This document shows positions 38,073 to 51,010 of a stretch of DNA of 64,000 nucleotides, in pieces (the stretch's first letter is position 1; every line of letters begins with the position of its first letter). The notes below the pieces were generated by a model. The model was not told the DNA's origin. It was given only the letters and a program-made list of their open reading frames with translations, and ran no database searches. Origin of the DNA: Lama guanicoe. Lineage: Eukaryota. Both the position numbers and the translations under genes were made by a program. The stretch is from positions 7,572,746 through 7,636,745 of the forward strand of contig MU054001.1 of the NCBI GenBank assembly GCA_013239625.1, read 5' to 3'.

Positions 38073-38769
38073 TACCCCAAATCGAACCCAGTCTCTTAGT
38101 TCCTATCTTTGCTTCAGATCCCTCAAGGACTGCCCATGCTCCAGGGCCCCATCTGCCCCGCCAGCCTCGCCTGCTGGACTCCAGGACACCATCCTGTGTC
38201 TCAACCATACTCTGTTCCTACGTCCGCCCACTACTCTTCACTTTGTCCTTCAAGTGTGGGATCCTGTGGCTCGCCACCCAGCAGGGGTCTCCCCATCCTC
38301 CACCTCGGGTAACTGCATCCTCCCGCAAGGTGCCTAGCGAACCCGCGTGGAGGCAGGAAGAATACAGAACAACAGGTGCTCAGAGGGGCTGCCTTTCCCA
38401 CTGCAGGGACCCTGGAGAGCTTTCTCCTGGCTGGTTATTCACAGGCGCTGAAGCTGTGGAATCTCGATCTCACCAATTTAAACGGCAACATCACTAATTA
38501 CAAAAGTAATCATTTTTTCAGTAGCAAAAGGAGAAAAGACTTCGTGCTCCACACCTCCAACTTTCTTCCTCTGCCTTCAGAGGTGATCCTCACTCTCTAG
38601 GCAAGGGTAGAAAGCAACACACAGAATATTATTTTTCAATGTATTTTTCCTACTCTGAAGATTGCTTTCACAGAACCTATGAAGGCTAGGATGGGTTGGC
38701 TTCCCTGGACTGAGGATTCAGAGGTGCAGGGGGGAGGGGTGTGGGGAGATAATTCAGCATTATTGAACC

Positions 38770-40372
38770 AAACAGAGATATTAAAAGGTTCTACTCTAAA
38801 CAGAAAGGAAGCAGGATGCTATAGAAATGGGAAAAGTATAGCTGGAAATGCAATAACGAGTTACAAGGGAATAAACAGGAAGATGTAAAATAGAAAAAGT
38901 ACATCAAAATACAAAACTGTGGGAATGGGAGACAGTAGCAAGAAAAGAGATTTTTTCTCTTTCTTTTTTTTTTTTTCTCACATTATTCTTAGGATGTGTT
39001 GGAGCCTAGGTGATTATCAGTCTAAAGGAAATAGATATAGTAATGGGTTGATATACTTGAAAAATAAGGTAACCACAAATCGAAAGCATACAACAGAGTC
39101 GCAAAAAACAAAACCCAAAAAGAAACAAACTCAAAATGGCTTAAAGACTTAAACATTAGACAAGACGCTATAAACCCCTCAGGAGAAAACATAGGCATAA
39201 CATCATTGGACATAAATCTCAGCAATGTTTTCCTAGGGCAATCCACCCAAGCAACAGAACTTAAAGCCAAAATAAACAAATGGGAACTAATAACACCTAT
39301 CTGCTTTTTCACAGCAATAGAAACCATAAACAAAACAAAAAGGCAACCTATGGAATGGGAGAAAATATTTGCAAAATATGAGACTGAACATGGCTTAACT
39401 TTAAGACTATATAAATAGTTCATACAACTTAATAAAAAAATAAACAAACCAATCCAAAAATGGGCAGAACAACTAAACAAGCAATTCTCCAATGAAGATA
39501 TACAAATGGCCAATAGGCATATAAAAAAGCTCAATATTGCTAATTATCAGAGAAATGCAAATCAAAACTATACTGTTATCATCTCACACTAGTCAGAATG
39601 GCCACCATTCAAAAATCCACTAACCATAAATGCTGGAGAGGCTGTGGAGAAAAGGGAACCCTCCTACATTTTTGGTGGGAATGTAGTTTGGTACAGCCAC
39701 TGTGGAAAACAGTATGGAGATTCCTCGAAAGGCTAAAAAAAGACTTATCATTTGAACCAGCAATCCCACTCCTTGACATATATCCAGAGGGAACCTTAAT
39801 TCCAAAAGGTATCTGCACCCCAATGATCACAGCAGCATTGTTTACAATGGCCAAGGCATAGAAGCAACCTAAACGCCAACTGAAAGATGACTGGATAACG
39901 ATGTAGTATTTAGATATAAAAGAATATTACTCAGTCATAATAAAGAAGGAAATAATGCCACTTACAGCAACATGGATGGACCTGGAGATTATCACACTAA
40001 AGTGAAATAACTCAGACAGAGGAAGACAAGTATTATATGATATCACTTATATGTGGAATTTTTAAAAATGGTGCAAATGAACTTATTTACAAAACAAAAA
40101 TGCACTCACAGACTTAGAAAACAAACTTAGGAGTTTCGGATTAACAATTTCAAACAACTATATGTAAAACAGACAGACAACAAGGATTCACTGTAGAACA
40201 CAGGGGAAAATATTCAGTACCGTGCAACCTATAATGGAAAAGAACCTGAAAAAGAACAGACTATGTATATGTACAACTTAATCTCTATGCTGTATACCTG
40301 AAACTAACAAAACAGCTGTATATCTGAAACTAACAAAACATTGTAAATCAACCACATTTCAATTAAAAAAAA
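38770..40372 (+). mobile_element. LINE-1 with a large internal deletion, complete 3' end and poly-A
   Basis: ORF2 peptides DINLSNVFLGQSTQATELKAKINKWELI and [34 protein letters not shown]; ends tttcaattaaaaaaaaa. 38770-39125 resembles upstream inter-ORF sequence. Confidence 0.92.
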
Positions 40373-40840
40373 AGATAAGCTCTAAATAGCTTTATTCAAA
40401 GAAAATCTTCAACACTTATCTCTTACAGAAAGTAAAATGGGAAGCTTAAGCAGGACCAAATTATACTGAATGAGCGATTTCATACCTTCTCCAGCACGTG
40501 GCCCATGCTACACACACATCGTGTTTTCCTTCAGGTAAGAATGGTTCTTCCTGCCCAGGGAGCGAGTCCTGCTGGGACAAGGCCTCTGTGGTGGTGGCCT
40601 CCTTGTCACCGCTCCATCTCACCAGGAGGCCAGGGTTTTTAAAGGGGAAGGAACACAGAGCTCATACAATTCAAATCTATTCGCTGAGAAAAACTATAGA
40701 AAGAACAAATTCACCTGCAGTGCACGAAACATGAGCAGGGCCCCTAAGTAGACCGACAAGCCCGAAGCAAGACGGCCCGATGTTCACATCGGAACCAGAA
40801 CAACAACCGTCTGGCCCCAGTTAAACCATCACCATCTCAC

Positions 40841-41090
40841 CTGCATGAACTGTTCGTACTCAGTGTCAGGGATCTTTTTGCTGAGACTTGAGAGATCAAA
40901 AAAGTCAGACCAGGGAATGCGGATCTGGTGGATGTCCAGGCTCTGTCAATGTTAGACACGGCCCCAAAGGGGTAGCACCAGCACTGACTCCTCCATCTTC
41001 AGCAGGGTTTTCAGGAGGAAGGCGATGTGGATACAGACGCCCCTACAGAGGCTGAAGCCCTCTGGAGGGTTGAAGTCACACAGAAGGCAC
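40841..41090 (-). pseudogene. POFUT2: Orphan inactivated copy of POFUT2 exon 2 (protein O-fucosyltransferase 2)
   Basis: gctgccag|g [79 protein letters not shown]|gtgaga, versus POFUT2 [83 protein letters not shown]. Two stops and a 1-bp deletion; splice sites retained. Confidence 0.93.
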
Positions 41091-41358
41091 CTGGCAGCGA
41101 GCAAAGGAGATCGGGTCTTCAGGGCCAGGCCTCTGCACAGGAATCCCGGCTTAGATAGAACAGATACAACGGGAATCCCTGCACAGCACATGGCCTAGAC
41201 TCAAGACACCTTCAGCAGCTTCTGGTATGTATAGTGGAGGCACTGCCCACCCGTCTCCATGTGGCCAATTACTTCGAGTCTGGGAGCACATGCAGAAGAC
41301 ATCTTGGCATCTGTCTAACAATGCTAAGCACTTGACTACTACCTGAGCACCCGTTCTC

Positions 41359-41826
41359 CAGGGGCTCTCAAGCTTCTTGGTCTACAGACCCCTGTACACT
41401 CTTAATTACTGAGGACTCCAAAAGGCTGCTGTTTATGTGGGTTAAATTTATCAATAGTTCCTGTGTTAGAAGTTAAATAAGAACTTTAAAAAATGCTTAT
41501 GAGATCACTTAAAAATAGTAACAACCTACTACATGTTACCATTAATACTCTTAAGCAAAACATAAGTTTATTTTTCTAAACAAAAATCATTAATGAGAGG
41601 AATAGCAGTGATTTTAATTTCTGCAAATCTCTTTTGGACTGGTGAGAGCTGAATTCTTTCTGCCTCTACATTCCCTGTTTTGTGATATCACAGACCAGGT
41701 TTTCCCTGGAAAACCCCACAGGAAACTAGGGAGTGCAAGAGTGTACAAAAGGCAGGTGACACACCGGCATTTCTACGAATACAGTCTTGCATCTCAGGGG
41801 CCTCGGACACACTTTAGTAACTTCTG
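41359..41826. mobile_element. MER119-like hAT-Charlie DNA transposon remnant
   Basis: Ends caggggctctcaagcttcttggtctacagacccctgtacactcttaattactgaggactccaaa... and ...ggacacactttagtaacttctg. Confidence 0.65.
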
Positions 41827-42199
41827 CCCTACCCTAGGCGAGACTCTCCTACACAAGAGCCAGGCAAGGGTCCTGGCTTCTTTAATGAGTTACTGCAGCC
41901 ACACACCTCCCTTCTCTGTGTTAATGTTTCCCACAACCTCCATTACTGCAGTTGAGGTAATCCTCAACTGGGGCCTCTAATTCCAGAAGTCTGCCAACCT
42001 TGAGAGGGAGGGCCCATCTACCATCTCTACACCCTGCACAGTCTATTTTGAGTCAAGCCCTAGATAACTGCTAATTAGCACTGACACTTGTCTTATTCCT
42101 GAGGTTTATCGAAAGAGCCAACATCGGGATGGAACTGAAATTTCCCTGCAGATAAACAAGGCTGATAAACCACCCTATTCCAACATCTGATTCTGGGGC

Positions 42200-43100
42200 T
42201 CTTCAAAACCCGGGTAAGGCCCCGCTTCATAAAAGACGGGTCCTCCGCCTGCCCTTCCCGGGGGGTTCTGGGGCGGTCTCGCGGTCCAGCCCCAGCGCCC
42301 GAGGGGGAGGAAAGCCCGAAGCTGTGCCCCAGCCCTGTCCCCCCCGCCCCAACCCGCTCCCGGGCACCACAGCCCCTCCCCGGCCACCACACCAACCCGG
42401 ATCCCACTCCAGTCCATGTCCACTGGCCCCGCCAACGGCACGGCCGTACGTTTACGGTCTGTGGGACGCCGCCCCAGACAGGATGTCGGCCGCCGACTGA
42501 CTAGGCCAGAACTAGTCACCCGGCCAAGCAAGCCGCCATCCCCAGCAGCAAGCAGCGCCATAGTCCCGGGCAGCTGCACACTTCCGGAGCCCGCTGCCCG
42601 CCCCAGAAGCGCAGACCCGCCGGCGCGGAGCGCGGCGCCTTTAGCCATGGCAACGCCGCGGGGCCCTCCCCTAGTGCTTGCGTCTGCATCCTCCCTGGCT
42701 AGACTTGCGAGGGCAGAACTTGCGGAGCCAATGGGAGCCAGGGCGCGGCCAGGACGGGGGTGGGGGGGAGGCTTATGGGGCAGCTGGGCTGGGCCGGGGA
42801 GGGCGGGGCCGCGCGGACGTCCTCACCTGCAGGTGGCGCCGGCCAGAGGCTGGGGCGGTGCTGCCACCAGTGGGCGGGGCAGCGGGGGGGAGGGGCGGAG
42901 GCACCCTCACCTGTCCGTGTGCGGGGCTCAGCCTGGGCTCCGCGGCCTCCGCTTTCACCGGACGTGGACCCAGGCTGCCGTTAGGCAAGATAGAGGACTG
43001 AGCCCAGGCAGGCACGGCTGGCCAGGTAGGGCACCTGAAGTGCAGATCCGCCAGGCCCGCTGCCGGCCTTGAATTCGCGCTGCTGGGCAGTTTCCAAGAA
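42200..43100. promoter_or_regulatory. CpG-island promoter, likely bidirectional, of unknown parent gene
   Basis: CpG-dense. RFX X-box-like TTAGCCATGGCAAC 42641-42654; ETS CACTTCCGG 42579-42587; CCAAT 42728-42732; several GC boxes at 42800-42900; MYB-type CAACGG 42433 and CCGTTA 42978; minus-strand donor CGG|GTGACT at 42520. Confidence 0.75.
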
Positions 43101-43949
43101 GACGGATCTGTCCCAAGAGGGGAGGTAGGGCAGTGGTGCCAGATGCCGGGGTGGGTGCGGTCTTATAGGCGAGCCACGGTGAGTGGTTTCAGAGCAGCCC
43201 CTGTGTTTGCGGGGCTAGGAATTTGGGGTATGGGGTGGGGATGGTGTGTGCCATGCTCTGTGGTCTCCCCAAGAACTCTCACCCCCAAGCAAGGGACCCT
43301 GCTCCCTCCACCCTTTACTGCATTCCCTGCATTCCCCAGCACCATGGCCCCTGCCCCAGGAGTGTCCCATGACCTCTCCCCACACCGGGCACTGTCCCTG
43401 TTACAGGTAATGAGCTCCTGGTGGTTCCAGCCCGAGGGTGGGGGCTGTATCTGACCAGTTAGGATGCCTGGAGCCTTGTATGAAACCTCAGACCATAATG
43501 CAGGCGTGCACAGAGGCCCCTCAAACAGGATTCCCTGCATGGCCCACCCCACCACGGACCCACAGCGCAGCTGCCACACCAGGCCAAGCCTGCCTGAAGA
43601 CCGCTGGTCCCTCTCCTCCTGTCCCTGATCAAGAGTGCACCGCCCACACTGCTGGGTATTTAGGGAGACTTAGAAGAGCAGCTGGTATTTTCATGGGCAA
43701 ATATTTGCTCTTTTGGGAAGATTTCAGTGCAAAGGCATGTAGGTTATGCTTTATCTGTTGCCCTGGAACTGGTGACTAGGATGCAAACTTGAGTCAAAGC
43801 AGGTTTTAGAGAGAGCTGCAAAATATCTAACCCAAAGATCACTGTTCCCCAACAAAGGCAACACCACCTGGCAGGTGGGGTCCTGGTCCCTCTTTCTGGA
43901 GGTTGGGGTTTGCAACCTCCAGCTGAGACAGAGCCCGAAACAGCTCTGA

Positions 43950-44490
43950 ACATGCTCCAACAGGCTTTCCCAGCACAAAATGCCTTTATTTTGAATCTGG
44001 GTGAAGGAACCAGCTGAGAAATCTGAGTAAATCTTCCTGGGTGTAACCATGGAATGAAAGAGCGGCTCTCCACATGCTAACATCTTAGAATTGAATGTGT
44101 GTCGAAGCCTTCATGCATGTAGCATGTTGGGAATAGCGTTCCATGGTGAGGGGAACTATATAACTTACATGTGTATGGGGAAGCCCTCACTCCAATAGGC
44201 TTTTCCTGTGCAAACTGCCTTTATTTCGAAAGTGGCTCTTGCTGAGAAATCTTGGTAAGCGTTCCTAGGTGTAACCATGCCCATTATGCTGGATGAAAGA
44301 GAGGCTTTACACTTATTCACATCTCAGAAATGAATGTGTGTTGAAGCCGTCATTCATGTAGCGTGTTGGGAACACAGAGTTTCGTGGTGAGAAGAACTAT
44401 GTAAATTACATGTCTATGATGAAGCACTCGCTCGAACTGGGTATTCCAGCCCATACTGCCTTTATTTCAAAACTGGCTTCTCAGAAGACC
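43950..44490. repeat. AT-rich satellite-like tandem repeat, ~235-241-bp unit, about 2.3 copies
   Basis: Anchor tgcctttatt at 43981, 44216 and 44457; shared blocks gctgagaaatct, ggtgtaaccatg, gaatgtgtgt.gaagcc and catgtagc.tgttgggaa. Confidence 0.85.
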
Positions 44491-47400
44491 TGTGATCTCC
44501 ACAGCAGGTCTGTCTCCAAGCCCAGGGCCAGCATGGTGACTCTTCTCCCCCTGTCTATTCTGGGAGGTCTAGGTGTCCTCTATGGCCCTTGCACCATTGT
44601 TTCTTTTGGAAATACCCCACAGATGAAATGGGCCTGAGAACAGGAGAGCTGGATGCCAGCAGCCACTGCCCAGTGTGTGGCTCCTGGGGGGGCATCTCCT
44701 CTCCGTGGGCTCTGATCTCCCCTCCCCTCCCCCCACCACCACCCCCTCCTCCTGCATTTCCCGATTGATCCCTGGATAATGGTCCATACCAGGAATGACC
44801 TGGGCGAGGTTTTATGAGCCTTTAAAGGAAAAAGAAAAGAAATCTTTAGACAAATTACTGAAAGTAACTTCCAGCTTTCCCGGGAAAGCCCTCTTTCCAA
44901 TGTTTAAGGCTAGTTGACAGAGTGTCAAATTGCCTAACCACTCACATCTGAGCAAATGCTACCTCTCTCTCCAGCTCCCCGCAGCAACCACCTGTGGCAA
45001 CTTGGCCACAATAGGGCAAGAAAGCTCTTTCCCCAAGCCAGCTCCAGCGTGGCTTTGGAGGCAGTAGAGGCTGAGAGAAAGGGCCCCGCCCTGAGGTTTG
45101 GGGGGCCTCCAGCCACAGCCAGAGGAGCGGGGGTTTTCAGAGTTGCCTAGAAGGGAAACCAGGCAAGGCCGCCTGGCCCACGTCTTCCCTGCCCAGAGAG
45201 CCCCATGAACTGCATTGGGCCACACTCCCTGTTTGGGCCCCCTGCAAAAAGGTACCATGGGAGCCACACCTGAGACGGCCCTTTGACCTGGGGTCCCAGC
45301 AGGTGTGTCCTGTGTGACCTGTGCCCACATATCATCCTTGTCTCTCCAGGTCACTGAAGGGTCTGTGCTGGGCACCTTGGCGGTCAGGAACATGGGAACA
45401 ACTATAAACTCTGAAGAAGGACAGAGAGACTCTTCCAGGAAGCAAGGATTCTAGGGAGATGCCTTGCCCAGAACTGGGGGACTGTGTCCTGAGTAGACCC
45501 CTGGGAGGCAATGTGGGGCTATGAGATCCTCTTCAGAGAAGGGAGCAGGTGTGCTTTCCGGGGGTGGGGTCCTGCTTTGTCCAGGCATGTCCTTGTGTAA
45601 GACTCATTTACAAACACCTCCCAGTCCACCTAGGGGTGGCCCCAGGGGTTGGGTTAGAGGAGGAGAGTGGGGGGTGCAGACTTAGGGCCCCCTGACCCAC
45701 ACAGGGAGCCAAGGGTCAGTGGGAACATCTTGGGAGTGTAGTGCAGGGGTGGAGGACGAACACTAAGAACATGCCAAGTCATGCAATCAAGTGACCCGTG
45801 ACCACGAGACACAGGTGGACGTACACCAAAGGAGGGAGATAGAAATTTAGACCCAGGCTCTGATAACCTTGAGAGGGACTGGAGGGTCCCAGGAGCCCTC
45901 AGGAACAGCTCTTCTAGGGGCACAGACATCCCAATACACACATTTCTCATGGATGCGTTTTGGGGTGCAGAGTGAGTTACCAGGGTCCTGAACTTAGTAT
46001 GGAACCCCACCCCCTTGTTCATCACGGTTACTGGCAATAAATTGCTGTCATTTGTTCCTGGACATGCACAGGGTAGCTGACTGCTGTGGGGGTCACTGCA
46101 GGACTCGAATCTTCTGGTGTGGGCTCTGTGACCACAGAAACCCTGGGGAATTTCTTAACGGGAGCACCTGGAGACCTTGCCTGTAAGGACAACCCTCATG
46201 GGATGGCCAAGCAGCCCGTGGTACCCAGGTCGCCAAGTGACGAAGTTGTGAGGTTGCCTGGGGTATCCTGGGGGCATGTAGATTTCTGTGGTCAGCACGT
46301 TGGCCCAGCGTTGCGGGATGGTCTGCACAAAGAGGGGCCTGCCGTCCTGATGATGGCTCCTAACACCTGCAGGGAAACCGCTCCCTGGGCTCCTGGAGGT
46401 CCATAGTGAGAGTGTCCTGCCAGCCACGTGGGGTCACCTTCCCCTGATGCAGAGGCAGACCTCTCCCCCTTGATGCCCAGGGGACACCTGGCTCAGGTCC
46501 CACCTGTGTGCCCTGGACACGCAGAGCCCCAGAGCTCTGGCACAGCCTGGGGTGTGGTCGTGTTGGGGCAGGAAAGGCCCAGGGAAGGGACTCATTCAGC
46601 AGCAGAGGCCACTCTGCAGGGATGCTGGATGCACTGCTTCAGGACTCCCTGGGTTTCCAAGCTGTGGGATGGAACGGCCTCTCCTTCCTGTGGTGCAGTG
46701 GGGGAACTAGATCCATCATCAATGTCAGCCTTGAAAATGGAGGCTGCACTACCTCCATTCCTGGAAAGAAAAATCAGGCACCTCCAGTCCAGGTGACTCA
46801 GAAAGTCATTCAACAATGTTCGGGGTCCCCACTTTAGGCTTTGAATTAGAGCTGAGCGGCTCAGGAGGCCAGATACCTGTCCGTGGCTCCAGGAGTAGGC
46901 TTTCTGCTGGGGTACGGGATCCTCATGAACACCTGTGTCTTTTTGGGACACTCCCCTCTGACCAGCTGGGAGGCAGGGTGCAATTGTGGGAAATCGTGTT
47001 TCCATGAGCAAACAGCCACCAAGTGGTGAGGGCACAGGAGACTGTGAGAATGAGTCCCACAGCCTTTCTGGAATCAAAAAACTGGCAAATGTGAAAAAGT
47101 GCACAATTTGTTTTATTGAACAGGCTGCTTATGTACGTTTGGAGGGCCAGGCTCGGGGACTCTGCATCCCTCCAGGACAATAGCCTCAAGAGAAGAACAG
47201 ACAGAGCAGGAAGAGATCTGGGATTTCTCCCAAGAATGAGGCGGAACAGGGATTTCTGCAGATTTGCAAGTAGTCCCCGACCACTGAGCACGGGGTTACA
47301 ACCCCTCGTGACCCCTGTCATGTTTGGCTTGGGCTCTGGGTCTGGCCTGCTCATGTATTCTTTCAGCTGAGTTCCAGAAACTCAGAGGGTGGACTTAAAG

Positions 47401-48519
47401 GGGCTGCATTTGGAAACTAGTGAGGAGGTGAGGGTCCTTTATATTGAGTCCCTTCAGCCTAATCACTGTAGCTGAAGCCCAACACCCCCAGGCCCCCAGG
47501 GGGGCCGTGGAGGGAGAGAAAGCCTGGCAGGCGACCTAGGGGTCCCACTGCTGTGTCCCTCCCTTGTCTTCATTCCCTTTCACCCCAGAAGGTGTGATTG
47601 TCTCGTGTCATGGTGGCCACCGCAGTGTCCCTTCCAGCAATCTCTCTCCTCCATCATGTGGGGTTCCCACCCCCACTCAGCCTTCTCTCTGCATGGATGC
47701 TGAAGGACCAGGCCCACCTGAAGTTCTGAGCTTGAGCAATTAGGTGGAAACAAGGAAACCAATGGAAACAAAGAAACAAGTGATTGTGGCAAAGGTCCCT
47801 ACCACAGAGAAGCTGCCCTGAGTGGAAGGGAGGGTGTGGGCATGCCCATTTGTTTCCAGTCTCCCAGTGCTCTTTGCTTTCTTATTGCAGACCTGCATGA
47901 TTACAACAAAGTGATCTGCAAAACTGAAAATATTTACTCTCTCGCTTTTACAGAAAAGGCTGGCCAGCCTCTGGTCCCGGTACCCAGGCAAGTGATTGGG
48001 GCTCCTTTCCAGTTTGGAAACATCTTAGCAGACCCAGGTTTGCAAAAGTCTTCAAGAGTAGTTAAGGAGTTTTGCTTCTAAAATTTTTTACAGCTGTGTA
48101 TACTTCTGAGATGCAGTTGTGCTGTGTAATTCTGAGCCGGGTTTTTCTCAAACTGTTTCTCACTTCTTATACCAGACATTCCTAAATTCCAAGGGGAACT
48201 GCATATTAAGGAAGCTATGGAATTTAGGAAAAGGATACAGATCTCATTTCCTTTTAAGCATCAATGTACCTACATCATGGCAGTATTGGTTATGTGTTAT
48301 TGATAGGGGAACTAAATAGTAACCAGATTAATAGAAAATAGGGGATTTTAGGTACACAGGTTCATCTTTTCAAACTTTTTTGTAATGTTTGCAGTTTAAA
48401 ATGACAATTCTGGAGAAACAGACAGCCTCTTAGAATGAAATAGCATTCCCTCTGAACCATACTTATTTTATATTTTATAGACAGCAGGAAGGTAATCACA
48501 CATCACACATTTGGGGATG

Positions 48520-51010
48520 TCAAAGAGAAAATGTAACTTTCTGGGAGTGCACTCCCCTGTCTCCCCCTGCTCTTTTCACTGTCATATTCTCCCTGGAAGG
48601 CTCTTTCTTATCTTCTGCTTATGGCTCCAGTAACTCTTCCTCCTCGTCCCTCAGCTGCTAAGGTTAGTTTTCTACTTTGAACAAGCAAACAAGCCAACAG
48701 AAGAGAAAATTCACAAGCAACTCCCAGCACATCTGCTCGCCTTCTGATGTCTATGACCTCACTCTCGGTGCCCCACCTCTTATTACAGGTGACATCGAAA
48801 GCCAGTTCCTCCAAAAGTCCCCAGGGCCCCATCCCTCCCATCTTCTCTGGGTTGTCACTCCCAAAGCCATCCTGTCTTCACTACCTCAAATATTTTGTTC
48901 TCCTGCTAATTGTCTCCCAACAGTATATAAAGGTCCATCCTCTTAAAAGAAACAAACAGCACTCCTTGACCCTAATTCACCCCCACCAATTGCCACCCTG
49001 TGTCTTTGCAGCAAATTTTTAAGGAGTTGTTTAAACTCACTCTCTGCATCTTCTCTTGAGCCATCCCCTTTTACACCCACTCTGGCTCTTCCCCTGATCC
49101 CTCGCTCTATGGAAACTGCCCTGTCAAGGCCATCAGTGACCCCACGTTGCTAAATATAGTGGTCAATTTTCAGTCCTCATCACGCGTGGTCCCTTGGCAG
49201 CATTTGACTCAGCTCTTCCATCCCTCCTCCCCTGTGTTCCTGCTTCACTCAACCTCCAGCCCATCGCTCTGTCTGCTTTCTGCTTTTGGTCTACTGGCTG
49301 GTCGTTTGCCAATGTCTCCTCTTTTTTTCCAAACATATACTGTGGGTGTAACCCTTGGGTTGTTTCCTGGGCCTCTCCTCTCTCTCTCTGCTATTCCTTT
49401 GGTGGAAGCAACCCAGCCTTGGAAATTGGTATGCCATCAATTTCTTGATTTCTCCAAAACTCCCTGATTTGCCCTTTCCATCTGGACCTTTATCCCTGAG
49501 ACTTACATTCTTTTTCTTTCATTCATCTTGTTTTCACATACATACATATGTTCTACTATGTAATTACTTTTCCAAATTTTGAATCTGTACATATATATCA
49601 TGTAAAATGCTGAAATCTGTATTATTCCCACTAAGATGCTTATTCTACCTTAGAACCTTTCTGCATTTCTGTATTTATATGAATAAAGCGAATAGTATTT
49701 CTACAAGCCTCAGAGTTAAACAGTGTGTTTGTTTGGGGCTATTATGTAATATGAAATAATGATACATCAACATAGTCCTTTTTCATTTATTTTTATGTAA
49801 CACCGAGATGAGGTTTTTGCACTGAAAACTGGATTTATTGAAATTTTACCTACATTACAGACAGTCAGCTTATGCGAAAGCCCTTATTTCTCCCCTTTTC
49901 TGATATATTTTCCATTTGGCTATATATAACATACACCTTGGCATGAAACAAAATTCCCAAATCATTCATATAATACAATTAATACATTTAAATTATATTT
50001 TTTAAATGTTAAAAAGAAAAAGAAAACAGACTCCTCTATCTGTTAGGCATTTCTGTGGTAATATGTAATACACCCCTTAACCATGACATTGAAGAACTGG
50101 GCTGATACCAGCCCCTTTCCACCTGCTCAGCCCCATCTTGTCCCATCCCCTGTGGATGGAGTGGACATCCCTCCCATTGTCCAGGTCCAGATGTTGGAAC
50201 CATGTCCTTTCTCTTTCTTTACACACACAGACAGCAAATCCAGCTTGTTAGAAAATTCTGGATACTCTGTCTTCATTAACAACCTGCTCCCTGCTCCCCG
50301 CCCTCCTAAGGGCCACCTACAACACTTCCTGGACACCAATAGCCTCCTGTTTCCATCTTTGCTTTCCCTACAATCTCTCATCCACACAGAGTCAGAGGGA
50401 GCCTGTAAAACATACATTGAGGGGGTGGGTGTAGCTCAGTGGTAGGGCGCATGCTTAGCATGCATGAGATCCTGGGTTTAATCCCCAGCACCTTCATTAA
50501 AATAGATAAATTACCTCCCCCCAAAAAACACAAACACAAAAGCATAAGTTGGACATCACTCCTCCCCTCAAAACTCATTAAACGGGTCACGATTTCATTA
50601 GGGGCAAAGTCGCCAAAAAGGCCTCAGGACACAGCGTGCCCTTCCTCTCCGCCAACACTCTCCCCCTCACTCTGGGGGCCTCTGGCTCTGGCTCTTCTTC
50701 TTCCTCCGGATGTATTCTGCTTCAAGTTCATTACTCCGTGAGATCTGCCAGGATTGCCTTATTCCCTCCTGCCTGCCCCCAACCCCACCGCCATCACCCG
50801 AGTTTGCTCATATCACCCTTTTTTTAAATTTTTCCAAGCTCTTGCTACCCCCAACATGCTGCCTGTTTCCTTTGCTAAAACTCTGAGCCCCCAGTGATGG
50901 GGATTCATGTCTATTTTGTTGACTGATAAAGCCCGAGAGCCTTGGGAACGGATCTAGTTAGGAGATTCCAGTACGTAGTAGGAGCTTATACACATTTGCT
51001 GACTGAATGT
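48520..51010 (+). mobile_element. Long fragmented LINE-2, interrupted by younger insertions
   Basis: L2 motifs tatggaaactgccctgtcaaggccatcagtgacccccacgttgctaaat...ggcagcatttgac, and 3' end cacatttgctgactgaatg. Confidence 0.6.
50421..50545 (+). mobile_element. Camelid-type tRNA-derived SINE
   Basis: GGGGGTGGGTGTAGCTCAGTGGTAGGGCGCATGCTTAGCATGCATGAGATCCTGGGTTTAATCCCCAGCACC followed by an A-rich tail; homologous to 7532-7690. Confidence 0.88.

Noticed and set aside
39022..39861. ORFs of 67-170 aa
   Set aside because: Sense and antisense fragments of L1 ORF2.
40289..40340. 26-bp tandem duplication in the L1 3' UTR (also a 14-bp duplication near 58340)
   Set aside because: Ordinary slippage-type micro-duplications.
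42416..43072. 218-aa ORF and neighbouring ORFs
   Set aside because: Low-complexity Arg/Pro/Gly reading of a CpG island, with no recognisable domain.
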